From: Bacteroidales bacterium
Lineage (GTDB): Bacteria; Bacteroidota; Bacteroidia; Bacteroidales; JAIOZK01
Direction of reading: 5' to 3'
Assembly (NCBI GenBank): GCA_021738625.1
Contig: JAIPBS010000013.1
Coordinates: 22,378 to 86,377 of the forward strand
Length of the DNA: 64,000 bases
The notes beneath the pieces are model-generated. The model was not told where the DNA came from and made no database searches. It was given only the letters and a program-made list of their open reading frames with translations. Both the position numbers and the translations under genes were made by a program. Position 1 is the stretch's first letter. Each line of letters starts with the position of its first letter. Of the stretch, positions 17,967-27,161 are shown one piece after another.

Positions 17967-20207
17967 ATGAGTTTTAGTCCCTTGATACATGATCAAATTA
18001 TCGAAAACGAACGTGAGGTTATCAAACAACGGGATGATTATGATAAGCTTGATTTGAGAAAGGAAAGCAAGGAATTAAGCAAATTGCTGTTGGAGGAAAA
18101 CCCACAATTGCAGCATCTTATCGATCGCTCCGAAACCAGGCAGGTTATGATGGAAGGCATACGCAAATGGGTGATCACCTATCTGGAAGAGAAACCTGAT
18201 GTGTATAAGTTTGCCCAGGGAAAACTTAAAGGACGTAAACAATATGAATTGCTTGATTGGAAAGATATTGCTGCCATCAGACTTTATGATTACCTGGAAA
18301 ATGAAGGAACAGAACTTGAAGATTTGAACCTACGTGGGGAAAAAGTGGTATCGAGGCCTTTTAAACTGTTATGGCTTGCATGCAAGGAAAACAAGGGAAG
18401 TGTCACTGCGGATTTTATTATTGATATGATTTATTTGTTCAGACAGTTTTTTGGAAAATCGGAACCTGAGAATCATTCTGCAAGCGATATAAGAAAATGG
18501 ATGGAGCGGCATCCATCGGGTCTGGATCAGGAGATCGTGGAAATGCGGAAAAAGAACAAACAAAGAATACTCAGGGTTATTCTTAACCGCATGGAAAAGG
18601 GCCTGATTCAAAGTCAAAGATTTTATTTTGAAAATGAACAAACCAAGGCTGAAAAATTAGACACCCTTAACAAATGGTGGAATGATCGCTTGTTTCATTT
18701 ACGTTTTGCTGTAAGAGATCCGGACCTGCTGAATGAAATGCTTGATCATACACTTGACCGCAAATCCCTGGAAGTAATGAACCGGGCCAGGGAAGCAGGT
18801 ATTCCCTTTTTCGTGAATCCGTATTATCTCTCTCTTATCAATGTTCACGAACCTGAATTCGCAAAACATGCCGACCTGACCATACGGGATTATATTTTTT
18901 ACAACCAACAGCTGGTTGATGAGTACGGACATATTGTTGCCTGGGAACGCGAAGATATTGTAGAGCCCGGCAAGCCAAATGCAGCCGGCTGGTTATTGCC
19001 TTCGGATCACAATGTACACAGGCGTTATCCCGAGGTGGCTATTCTGATACCCGATACCATCGGTAGGGCTTGCGGTGGATTGTGTGTTTCCTGCCAACGG
19101 ATGTATGACTTTCAGCGCGGTAACCTCAATTTCGATCTGGATAAATTAAAACCCGGTGAACGCTGGCCGCATAAACTCAACCGTCTGATGACCTATTTTG
19201 AGAATGACTCACAATTACGCGACATTCTGATCACTGGAGGAGATGCATTGATGAGCACCGACCGATCGCTCAAAAGAATTTTGGACGCCGTTTATGGAAT
19301 GGCAAAGCGGAAGATTGAAGCCAATGAGAAGCGTAGCATGGGTAAAAAATTTGCTGAAATGCTTCGGGTACGAATTGGCACACGTTTACCGGTTTATCTG
19401 CCTCAACGTATAACGGATGAATTGATTACTGTTTTGGCTGATTTTAAAGAGAAAGCCTCAAAGATCGGTATCCGTCAGTTTGTGATACAAACCCATTTCG
19501 AGAGCGCCATGGAGATGACACCTGAAGCACGTGAGGGACTGCGGAAACTGCTCTCAGCAGGCTGGATCATCACCAATCAGCAAGTTTTTACCACTGCCGC
19601 CTCCCGGCGCGGCCATACGGCCAAGTTAAGGGAAGTGCTGAATGAAGCCGGTGTGCTTCCTTATTATACTTTTTCAGTAAAGGGATATAAAGAGAACAGC
19701 CATAATTTCGCTACCAATGAACGCGCCGTTCAGGAACAACGCGAAGAGAAAGCGTTGGGAAAGATTGCTGGCGGGTATTTCGACAGGATCAGGAAATTTC
19801 CTGACGATCCCGAACATATGATTGACAATATTCATCAACTGATTGATGAAGCCAGGATCCCGTTCCTGGCAACGGATAGAAATGTGCTTAACCTGCCCGG
19901 AGTTGGGAAAAGCCTTACCTTCAGAACAATCGGGATCACCCACGATGGAAGAAGGATACTGGAGTTTGACCATGACAGCACACGTTGGCACAGTCCGATC
20001 ATACATAAAATGGGCAAAGTGCGTATCATTGAATCCAAATCACTTGGCTCCTATCTTTGGCAGCTTAATAAAATGGGGGAAGATATCAATGAATACGAAT
20101 CTATTTTCGGATATTCTATTGGTGAAACCGAACAGCGGATGCCTCTTTATGAATATCCCGATTATAAATACAATATAACCAATGAGATTACTAATTTTGA
20201 GATTTAG
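17967..20207 (+). CDS. Long KamA-family radical SAM/PLP aminomutase, possibly glutamate 2,3-aminomutase-like
   Basis: HRRYPE, CGGLCVSCQR (CxxxCxxC), DILITGGDAL, RIGTRLPVYLPQRI and NLPGVGK (putative PLP Lys). Confidence 0.85.
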   Translation: MSFSPLIHDQIIENEREVIKQRDDYDKLDLRKESKELSKLLLEENPQLQHLIDRSETRQVMMEGIRKWVITYLEEKPDVYKFAQGKLKGRKQYELLDWKDIAAIRLYDYLENEGTELEDLNLRGEKVVSRPFKLLWLACKENKGSVTADFIIDMIYLFRQFFGKSEPENHSASDIRKWMERHPSGLDQEIVEMRKKNKQRILRVILNRMEKGLIQSQRFYFENEQTKAEKLDTLNKWWNDRLFHLRFAVRDPDLLNEMLDHTLDRKSLEVMNRAREAGIPFFVNPYYLSLINVHEPEFAKHADLTIRDYIFYNQQLVDEYGHIVAWEREDIVEPGKPNAAGWLLPSDHNVHRRYPEVAILIPDTIGRACGGLCVSCQRMYDFQRGNLNFDLDKLKPGERWPHKLNRLMTYFENDSQLRDILITGGDALMSTDRSLKRILDAVYGMAKRKIEANEKRSMGKKFAEMLRVRIGTRLPVYLPQRITDELITVLADFKEKASKIGIRQFVIQTHFESAMEMTPEAREGLRKLLSAGWIITNQQVFTTAASRRGHTAKLREVLNEAGVLPYYTFSVKGYKENSHNFATNERAVQEQREEKALGKIAGGYFDRIRKFPDDPEHMIDNIHQLIDEARIPFLATDRNVLNLPGVGKSLTFRTIGITHDGRRILEFDHDSTRWHSPIIHKMGKVRIIESKSLGSYLWQLNKMGEDINEYESIFGYSIGETEQRMPLYEYPDYKYNITNEITNFEI

Positions 20208-20211
20208 TTAA

Positions 20212-21372
20212 ATGAAAACCGGCATGGACAGGAGTGAAACAGGTAAGAGAAGATCCTTCAGCCGGTACAGGGTTTATAAGTTATTTTTCTTTTTGATGTT
20301 AATTGGTGGATTGTTTTCATGCCACGTTGCACGATATGTTTACTGGAACTTTGCCGATGTTAAGGATTATCAAAAGTTTCCGGCAGATACCATTCACAGT
20401 GATGGTAGTCAGGGATATTTGTTCACGAAGCAGCAGGATGTTGATTTTCCTCTCCCGGTCAGTTATATGGATGATGAAAACCCCGATCTGGAAACTTTTT
20501 TGGGCAACAACAATACCACGGCCTTTTCAGTGATCAGAAACGATAGTATTCTTTCTGAATATTTTTTCGGGAGGTATAATTCCACTTCTATACTACCTTC
20601 TTTTTCAGTAGCCAAGGTCTACGTTAGCACATTGGTTGGGATTGCGTTTGAGGAGGGCGATATCAAAAGTTTACGTCAAACAGTTACGGATTATCTTGAT
20701 GGCTTTAAGCATTCCGGTTTTGATAAAATCACCATTGAAGACCTGTTGAACATGCAAAGCGGTATCAAATTCAGTGAGGGCTATTACAATCCTTTTGGTG
20801 AAATGGCCAGATTTTACTATGGCAAAAACCTGAAGCACTATGTGTATCATTTAAAAACCGAAAGGCCTCCTGGTGAAACATACGAGTATCAAAGCGCCAA
20901 TACCCAGATCCTTGCCATGATCCTCGAGAAAGCAACCGGTAAGTCTTTGCCCGTTTATCTGGAAGAAAAAATATGGAAACCTCTTCCAATGCATTACAAT
21001 GCAAGCTGGAATTACGATTCCAGAGCGCATCATAACACCAAAGCCTTTTGTTGCATCAATGCCCGCTTATATGATTATGCCAGATTTGCAAAACTTTTTT
21101 TAAATGATGGCAGGTGGAAAGGCCAACAAATCATCCCATCCTCTTGGGTGGGGCGAATTCTAAATGCACAACCGGCATTTACAGACGACAGCGGATATCC
21201 CTATTGTTTTCACTGGCGGGTTATGGAAAACGGGGCCATTTTTGCAAAAGGAATACTCGGACAATACATTTACATCAGGCCCGATAAAAACATCATCATC
21301 TTAAGGTTCGGGGAAAAGAGCGGCAATGTGGAATGGCCCCGGTTATTCAACGCAATAGCCGACCAGTTGTGA
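20212..21372 (+). CDS. Serine hydrolase, beta-lactamase class C / NylB-like lipoprotein
   Basis: SFSVAK (SxxK), LLNMQSG, YQS and AKG motifs; lipobox LFSC. Confidence 0.85.
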   Translation: MKTGMDRSETGKRRSFSRYRVYKLFFFLMLIGGLFSCHVARYVYWNFADVKDYQKFPADTIHSDGSQGYLFTKQQDVDFPLPVSYMDDENPDLETFLGNNNTTAFSVIRNDSILSEYFFGRYNSTSILPSFSVAKVYVSTLVGIAFEEGDIKSLRQTVTDYLDGFKHSGFDKITIEDLLNMQSGIKFSEGYYNPFGEMARFYYGKNLKHYVYHLKTERPPGETYEYQSANTQILAMILEKATGKSLPVYLEEKIWKPLPMHYNASWNYDSRAHHNTKAFCCINARLYDYARFAKLFLNDGRWKGQQIIPSSWVGRILNAQPAFTDDSGYPYCFHWRVMENGAIFAKGILGQYIYIRPDKNIIILRFGEKSGNVEWPRLFNAIADQL

Positions 21373-21379
21373 GGTCCGT

Positions 21380-21859
21380 TTATTCATCTTCCTTAAAGAA
21401 ATGATCGAAATCAGGATAGTGCAAGCGTCTTTTGGCTACTTTCTCGGGAAAAACAAAATACACCAGATCTGCTTCCGAACAGATACTGCCATCCTGTGAA
21501 AGGCTCACATAAATATCCGCAAAATTTTTCCTGATCCCTTTCAATTGTGCTTTGAGTTGTATAGTGCCTTTGGTGGTGTAGACAGGGCTTCGGTATTTAA
21601 CATTCATTCTTGAGGTAACTCCGGCTGTCCGCAGTTTAACCTGCACACACCAACTGGCAATTTCATCCATAAGGGTACCCTGTATGCCGCCGTGCAATAC
21701 GGTATGGTAACCTTCAAAGCGAGGGAGGGGTTCCCAGTCGCAAATCACCAGCTCGTCTTCCTCCTTAAACTTCATCTGTAAACCCGTTTCATTATCGGGT
21801 GAACAACCAAAACAATTGTATCCGGGGATTTTGGTGTAGGGATTATAAATCCTTCTCAT
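21380..21859 (-). CDS. PaaI-family hotdog thioesterase
   Basis: CFGC...N..GL and HGGIQGTLMDE motifs. Confidence 0.85.
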   Translation of the reverse strand: MRRIYNPYTKIPGYNCFGCSPDNETGLQMKFKEEDELVICDWEPLPRFEGYHTVLHGGIQGTLMDEIASWCVQVKLRTAGVTSRMNVKYRSPVYTTKGTIQLKAQLKGIRKNFADIYVSLSQDGSICSEADLVYFVFPEKVAKRRLHYPDFDHFFKEDE

Positions 21860-22595
21860 TTTTCAATACATCCTTCCTGTATTTGAGCTCTTTGACGGGT
21901 GCCCCATTTTCGTTATAAAGGGTCCATTTGCCGTGCTTCATATTGTCTTTGAAAATGCCTTCTTTTTTGAGCTCGCCATTCTTGTAATATTCTTTGTAAG
22001 AGCCTTCCTTTATATTGTCAACATATGTTTCGATGGAAAGCAGCTCACCGCTGTTGTAATACGTCTTTTGTTCACTCTGCAACTTGCCGTTCTCATAATG
22101 GTATTCAGCGATCAGGTTGCCCTGCATATTGTACCATTTTGCGGATCCGTGCTTTTCTCCCATGCTGTATTCCGATTCTTCCTGTATATTGCCGTTGTCA
22201 TAGTAGAGCCGTTTCATGCCGTCAATTTCTCCTGCTTTGTAATCGATCTTGGATCTCACTTTTCTACCAAAATCATATTCATAGAAAGTGCCGTCTTTCA
22301 TATCATTCAGGTAGCTTCCCTGTCTGATCACAAAACCCCTGTAATTGTTTTCAATGTATACACCATTCTTTTCGCCCTCCATATAGTTTGTAATTTCAAT
22401 CACAAGGCCATTGGGATGGTGTTTTTCCCAGGCTCCGGTTTTTTGGCCGTCCACATAAAATCCTTTAAGTGTATAGCGCCCTTCCTTTTCGGTAATATAC
22501 CCGGTTTTCTTAGTCGTATCCGGCTGGGTGTTTCCGATTGTGGCTAAACTTAGTCCACAGATGATGAGCAATGGGATCAATCTTTTTAGATACAT
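21843..22595 (-). CDS. Secreted MORN-variant repeat protein (YwqK-like)
   Basis: Signal peptide from MYLKRL, then ~24-aa repeats of type G..G.W..YY.NG.L..E..Y..G. Confidence 0.8.
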   Translation of the reverse strand: MYLKRLIPLLIICGLSLATIGNTQPDTTKKTGYITEKEGRYTLKGFYVDGQKTGAWEKHHPNGLVIEITNYMEGEKNGVYIENNYRGFVIRQGSYLNDMKDGTFYEYDFGRKVRSKIDYKAGEIDGMKRLYYDNGNIQEESEYSMGEKHGSAKWYNMQGNLIAEYHYENGKLQSEQKTYYNSGELLSIETYVDNIKEGSYKEYYKNGELKKEGIFKDNMKHGKWTLYNENGAPVKELKYRKDVLKNEKDL

Positions 22596-22652
22596 AACAT
22601 ATAGAATTTTTAACAATACAAAAGTACCAAAATAAGTGGGAGTGCAGGGCAT

Positions 22653-22690
22653 AAAAAAGGAAAAGCCGGAAGAAACTTCCGGCTTTTTCC
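22653..22690 (-). terminator. Intrinsic terminator
   Basis: 12-bp stem AAAAGCCGGAAG/CTTCCGGCTTTT followed by a U-tract on the minus strand. Confidence 0.8.
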
Positions 22691-22787
22691 CAACCAAAAC
22701 CAAATTTATTAATTATGAGAAAGTTGCCATCCTCAGAAGGGACGGCGGAGGGATTTCTGATTCTTAATCAAAAACCTAAATTCTCGA
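22653..22787 (-). ncRNA. Candidate sigma54-dependent small RNA, ~135 nt
   Basis: Upstream TGGCAC-N5-TTGAA element, internal GCCGTCC/GGATGGC hairpin, strong terminator (22653-22690), and no credible ORF. Confidence 0.6.
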
Positions 22788-22797
22788 TAAACTAACG

Positions 22798-22813
22798 TTC
22801 AAATCTTGTGCCA
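22798..22813 (-). promoter_or_regulatory. Putative sigma54 -24/-12 promoter
   Basis: Minus strand TGGCACAAGATTTGAA. Spacing is canonical, with GA instead of GC at -13/-12. Confidence 0.55.
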
Positions 22814-22986
22814 TATTGTATAATTGGTTCAAAATCAATTCCGACATCAATGTTAAAATCTCTTGAAATTGCTGAAAGCCTCATATGCCAATGGATTTAA
22901 TATCATACATATGTTTATATTTTTTTTCTTTTAATATGAGAGGGATTGTAAATTTTCCAACAATGGAAAAATAAATCCACAATTTG

Positions 22987-24294
22987 TCATGTTAATAGAC
23001 GGGCTGTCAGGTCATAAGGATGGGCCGCTGTTGTAATGACTTCATAGAACCGACCTGTCTCCAGCATGCCGTTTTGTCGCGGGATCAAAACTTCATTATC
23101 CACTTCTGGTGAATCAAATTGGGTTCTGCCGACGTAGAAGTCGCCTTCAAACCTGTCAATAAGCACGTTTAACTTTTTACCGATCAGAGACTGGTTTTTC
23201 TCCAGTGAAATAGTTTCTTGCAACTGCATGATCCGTTCCAGTCGCTCCTGTTTTAATTCTTGCGGAATATTATCATTCAAACCGGCAGCTTGTGTTCCTT
23301 CCTCTTCCGAATAGGTGAAGGCGCCCAACCGCTCGAAGCGGAATGTTTCAATAAACTCGATCAATGCTTCGAAATCGCTCTCTGTTTCACCCGGATAGCC
23401 TGTGATCAGGGTTGTGCGAATTGCTGCTTCGGGCACTTCTTTTCTGATCCTGTTGAGCAACCCGATGGTTTCTTTTTGGCTAAAACCCCTGCGCATCGAA
23501 CGCAGGATTTTATCACTGATATGCTGGATGGGAATGTCGATATACTTGCAGATCTTATTGTTTTCCTGCGTGATCTTTAATATTTCAAACGGGAAAGAGG
23601 CGGGATAAAGATATTGAAGTCTGATCCATTTGAGTTTTTCGATTTCAGCGAGTTTCCTGATCAGATCGGGAAGCTGATATCTCTTGTTCAGGTCATATCC
23701 ATAAAAAGAAAGATCCTGGGAGATCAGTATGAGTTCTTTAACGCCCTGGTTGCTGAGATACTCAGCTTCCCTTATTATCTCATCCGAAGGGCGCGAACGG
23801 TGCTTTCCCCTGATCATGGGAATGGCGCAAAATGAACACTTTCTGTTGCAGCCTTCCGCAATTTTAAGATAGGCATAATGTGAAGGTGTGCTGATCTGTC
23901 GTTCGCCAATCAATGTTTTTTTGGGATCATCGAACAATTCCCGGGCAATTCGGGGGATATCGTCAAGGCCGTAAAAAGCGTCAACCTCAGGTATCTCCTT
24001 GCTCAATTCTTCTGCATACCGTTGCGAAAGGCAGCCCATTACGATCACCTTTCCAACTTTGTTTTCTGTTTTTGCCCGGATAAAATCAAGAATGGTGTCG
24101 ATAGATTCTTCTTTGGCGTCCTGTATAAAACCGCAGGTGTTGACTATGGCAATATCAGAAAAGTCTCCCGAATCATATCTCACATCATATCCGGCACTAT
24201 TTAGGTATCCGGCTAACTGCTCCGAATCAACCAGATTTTTGGAGCAACCCAGCGTAATGATGTTAACGGATTTGTTTTTTTTCAAAGGGTGCAT
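22987..24294 (-). CDS. rimO: Ribosomal protein S12 methylthiotransferase RimO
   Basis: LGCSKNLVDSE, NTCGFI, GCNRKCSFC and TRAM-domain GRTQFDSPEVD motifs. Confidence 0.96.
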   Translation of the reverse strand: MHPLKKNKSVNIITLGCSKNLVDSEQLAGYLNSAGYDVRYDSGDFSDIAIVNTCGFIQDAKEESIDTILDFIRAKTENKVGKVIVMGCLSQRYAEELSKEIPEVDAFYGLDDIPRIARELFDDPKKTLIGERQISTPSHYAYLKIAEGCNRKCSFCAIPMIRGKHRSRPSDEIIREAEYLSNQGVKELILISQDLSFYGYDLNKRYQLPDLIRKLAEIEKLKWIRLQYLYPASFPFEILKITQENNKICKYIDIPIQHISDKILRSMRRGFSQKETIGLLNRIRKEVPEAAIRTTLITGYPGETESDFEALIEFIETFRFERLGAFTYSEEEGTQAAGLNDNIPQELKQERLERIMQLQETISLEKNQSLIGKKLNVLIDRFEGDFYVGRTQFDSPEVDNEVLIPRQNGMLETGRFYEVITTAAHPYDLTARLLT

Positions 24295-24299
24295 TGGTA

Positions 24300-25250
24300 T
24301 TAACTGAACAGGCTATCGACAAACTCAAAGCGATTGAATACCTGCAGCTGTTCTATTTTTTCGCCCACCCCGATGTATTTCACCGGGATCTTAAACTGGT
24401 CGGAAATGCCAAGTACTACGCCGCCTTTCGCGGTTCCATCTAGTTTTGTAAGGGCGATGGCATTCACTTCCGTGGCATTGATGAACTGCCTGGCCTGCTC
24501 AATGGCATTTTGGCCGGTGGATGCATCAAGTATAAGCAGGATCTCATGTGGCGCATCGGGAATGAGTTTCTGCATAACCCGTTGGATCTTCGAAAGCTCG
24601 CTCATCAGATTCACCTTGTTGTGTAATCTGCCCGCCGTATCAATGATGGCCACATCGCATTCCCTTGAAATGGCGGATTTAACAGTATCGTAAGCAACGC
24701 TTGCCGGATCGGTACCCATACCTTGTGATACCAGGGGGACGCCGGCCCGCTCCGACCAGATGGTGATCTGATCGACGGCTGCCGCGCGAAAAGTATCCGC
24801 CGCACCGAGGATCACCGACTTACCTGCATTTTTATATTGATGGGCCAGCTTGCCGATGGTAGTGGTTTTGCCCACTCCGTTCACTCCCACAACCAGGATA
24901 ACATAAGGTTTCACGTTTTCGGGCGTACTGAAATCCACTTCATCCGATACGTTGTTTTCCTGCAGCAGCCCGGCTACTTCTTCTTTCAGAATCTGGTTCA
25001 ATTCGGATGTGTTCAGGTACTTGTCCCTGGCCACCCTTTCCTCAAGTTTCTCTATGATTTTTAAGGTGGTGTGCACGCCTACATCAGATGTAACCAGCAC
25101 TTCCTCAAGATTATCAAGTACTTCATCATCGACGCGTGATTTTCCCAGAACGGCTTTTGAAAGCTTGGAAAAGACACTTTTTTTTGTTTTTTCAAGCCCC
25201 TGGTCGAGATCCTGTTTTTTCTTTTTGGATAAAAATCCCAGTGCTGCCAT
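24300..25250 (-). CDS. ftsY: Signal recognition particle receptor FtsY
   Basis: GVNGVGKTTT, DTFRAAA, DTAGR and TKLDGTAKGG motifs. Confidence 0.97.
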   Translation of the reverse strand: MAALGFLSKKKKQDLDQGLEKTKKSVFSKLSKAVLGKSRVDDEVLDNLEEVLVTSDVGVHTTLKIIEKLEERVARDKYLNTSELNQILKEEVAGLLQENNVSDEVDFSTPENVKPYVILVVGVNGVGKTTTIGKLAHQYKNAGKSVILGAADTFRAAAVDQITIWSERAGVPLVSQGMGTDPASVAYDTVKSAISRECDVAIIDTAGRLHNKVNLMSELSKIQRVMQKLIPDAPHEILLILDASTGQNAIEQARQFINATEVNAIALTKLDGTAKGGVVLGISDQFKIPVKYIGVGEKIEQLQVFNRFEFVDSLFS

Positions 25251-25265
25251 ATTTTTTCGGATATG

Positions 25266-25300
25266 AAAAAAGCTTCTTTCTGTTATCCAGAAAAAAGCTT
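25266..25300 (-). terminator. Putative terminator between the DUF4295 gene and ftsY
   Basis: AAGCTTCTTTCTG/CAGAAAAAAGCTT imperfect hairpin with an A-tract (U-tract on minus). Confidence 0.5.
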
Positions 25301-25322
25301 CATGTTGTTGATGTTGAATGTC

Positions 25323-25475
25323 TTATTTCTTCTCCAGGAGGTCCTTAACCTTGTCGTTCGGAACAACATCCTCAACAAAAGTGTAAGCACCGCTTTTATC
25401 TGATTTTTTCATCCGGATCACTTTTGCGTAATCTTTACTTTTTGATTGCAGTGTTGCAACTACTTTCTTAGCCAT
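25323..25475 (-). CDS. DUF4295 family small protein, 50 aa
   Basis: Not in ORF track. MAKKVVATLQSKSKDYAKVIRMKKSDKSGAYTFVEDVV..., in its usual Bacteroidota position between rpmG and ftsY. Confidence 0.88.
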   Translation of the reverse strand: MAKKVVATLQSKSKDYAKVIRMKKSDKSGAYTFVEDVVPNDKVKDLLEKK

Positions 25476-25482
25476 ATCTCAA

Positions 25483-25671
25483 TTATTTAATTTCTTTATG
25501 AACAGTATACTTTTTCAAAATCGGATTGAATTTCTTCAACTCTATCCTTCCAGGTGTATTTTTCTTGTTCTTGGTGGTTATGTACCTGGATGTTCCCGGT
25601 ACACCGCTGTTTTTATGCTCGGTACACTCAAGAATAACCTGAACTCGCTGATCTTTAGTCTTTTTGGCCAT
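25483..25671 (-). CDS. rpmG: 50S ribosomal protein L33
   Basis: [20 protein letters not shown]...[23 protein letters not shown]...HKEIK. Confidence 0.96.
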   Translation of the reverse strand: MAKKTKDQRVQVILECTEHKNSGVPGTSRYITTKNKKNTPGRIELKKFNPILKKYTVHKEIK

Positions 25672-25776
25672 TTGCTTATAAATTTCACTAATTAGGCGTG
25701 CAAAGATACAAACAAGCAATGAATTAACAAATATTTATTGTGGGAAAATTTTTACCGGAATAAGCTTACCTTTGAA

Positions 25777-25804
25777 TTATACCGATTCGGAACAGGTTTG
25801 CAAT
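25777..25804 (-). repeat. Partial inverted copy (3' end) of the twin-hairpin repeat
   Basis: The reverse complement ATTGCAAACCTGTTCCGAATCGGTAT is identical to 31664-31689. Confidence 0.85.
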
Positions 25805-25891
25805 TTTAGGTTTTATTTTCCGATTACAACCATGGTATTGCTGAGCCTGGTTTTGAGCCTGATCGTTTACCTTGTCAGGAAATTTTTTTGA
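25802..25891 (+). pseudogene. 3' remnant of a DUF2905-family small membrane protein gene
   Basis: Reads NFRFYFPITTMVLLSLVLSLIVYLVRKFF*, the typical C-terminal half of DUF2905 proteins. The 5' half (GRLPGD motif) is absent and the repeat fragment sits in its place. Confidence 0.7.
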
Positions 25892-26230
25892 TAAATTTTT
25901 GTTCCATCTTTTTAATCCTCACAAACCAGGATTTAACCGGTACATATCCGTTTTGAGTCTGAGGATTGATCAGTATGCAGCCATCGGATTTCCTGATCAG
26001 GCTCTTCTTCACACAACCAAATAGCGATTTTATACAGGCCAGGGCGTTTGAGTTTCCACGTATTTTGTTCTATCTTTTTTTTCCGGTTTGCTAATTAAAA
26101 ACAAAATCTCCTGTCGGGCGTTGTAGTATTGATCACGGATGTAAAAATGCCTGGAGGAATGCTTGAGAGGATTGCAATTTGCCTGATTTTACTGTCCCGT
26201 GGTGAAAATTATAAACAAAAGGAAATTATT

Positions 26231-26518
26231 ATGTTACTAAATAAAGCATGCGTTTTTAAGGATGAAAAAGTGGAGTTCCCGGTTGATTATCGAATCAAGG
26301 TGATCATGGATACATCCGTTAACGATGAAACCAACAGGTCGGCTCTGAATGCTGTGTTCAAAAAGCTTGATATACCGGCCAAAGAATGGAAAAGCAAACA
26401 AAGCAGTAAAGGAAATTACACCAGCTACACCATAAAAATTGAAGTCGACAGAAAAGAAACATTCGATGCTTTGTACAGGGAAATGCGCCTGATCGACAAT
26501 GTTAAATGGGCGGTATAA
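26231..26518 (+). CDS. DUF493 (YbeD-like, ACT-like) protein
   Basis: VEFPVDYRIKVI, SSKGNYTSYT and LYREM...VKWAV motifs. Start moved to ATG 26231. Confidence 0.8.
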   Translation: MLLNKACVFKDEKVEFPVDYRIKVIMDTSVNDETNRSALNAVFKKLDIPAKEWKSKQSSKGNYTSYTIKIEVDRKETFDALYREMRLIDNVKWAV

Positions 26519-26582
26519 TTGATTGTGGAAAAAAGCAGGCTCAGCTGCTTGACATGATCCCTTGATTTATTTATAACTTTGT

Positions 26583-27158
26583 ATGACCATGCATAATATT
26601 GAACCACATTATAACTGGCGGCACTTTTACATTGCTTCCGAGGATGAGCGCTCACCCTTCTATGGAAGGGAATACAATGAGTTCGAGTTCTCCAACTCAG
26701 TTTACGACCACTTTATTCATCCGCAATGGGATGAGATTGGTTCCTCCACCCTTTTCATAAAAATCCTGTATGCCAATTATTACGAAGGATATGCCATACT
26801 CGAAATGATGGGTGAGTGGAATGATTGTTTATATAATGACATCATGTACCTGAAAAGAAACATCATTGAGTCGCTTCAGGATAACGGCATCAACAAATTC
26901 ATTCTGATCGGGGAAAACATACTGAATTTTCACGGAGGTGATACCGATTATTATGAAGAATGGAGCGATGACAATGAAGACGGCTGGATTGTCGGTTTAA
27001 ATTTCCGGGATCATGTGGTTAAGGAATTTGAGAGCAGCAATGTGGACTACTATATCGGATTCGGAGGCCGGTTCGATAGTTTCAACTGGCGCACGCACGA
27101 ACCCGGTCAGCTTTGTCATAAAATCGATGATTTGATTATAAAACGTTTAACGGCTTAG
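26583..27158 (+). CDS. Conserved Bacteroidota hypothetical protein
   Basis: MHNIEPHYNWR...SPFYGREY...HPQWDEIGS...GEWND...IGENILNFHG. Long ORF of unknown function. Confidence 0.75.
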   Translation: MTMHNIEPHYNWRHFYIASEDERSPFYGREYNEFEFSNSVYDHFIHPQWDEIGSSTLFIKILYANYYEGYAILEMMGEWNDCLYNDIMYLKRNIIESLQDNGINKFILIGENILNFHGGDTDYYEEWSDDNEDGWIVGLNFRDHVVKEFESSNVDYYIGFGGRFDSFNWRTHEPGQLCHKIDDLIIKRLTA

Positions 27159-27161
27159 CAA

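Noticed and set aside
21843-22595. Antitoxin of a toxin-antitoxin pair (YwqK label)
   Set aside because: It is a secreted MORN-repeat protein with no adjacent toxin; the label reflects only the repeat family.
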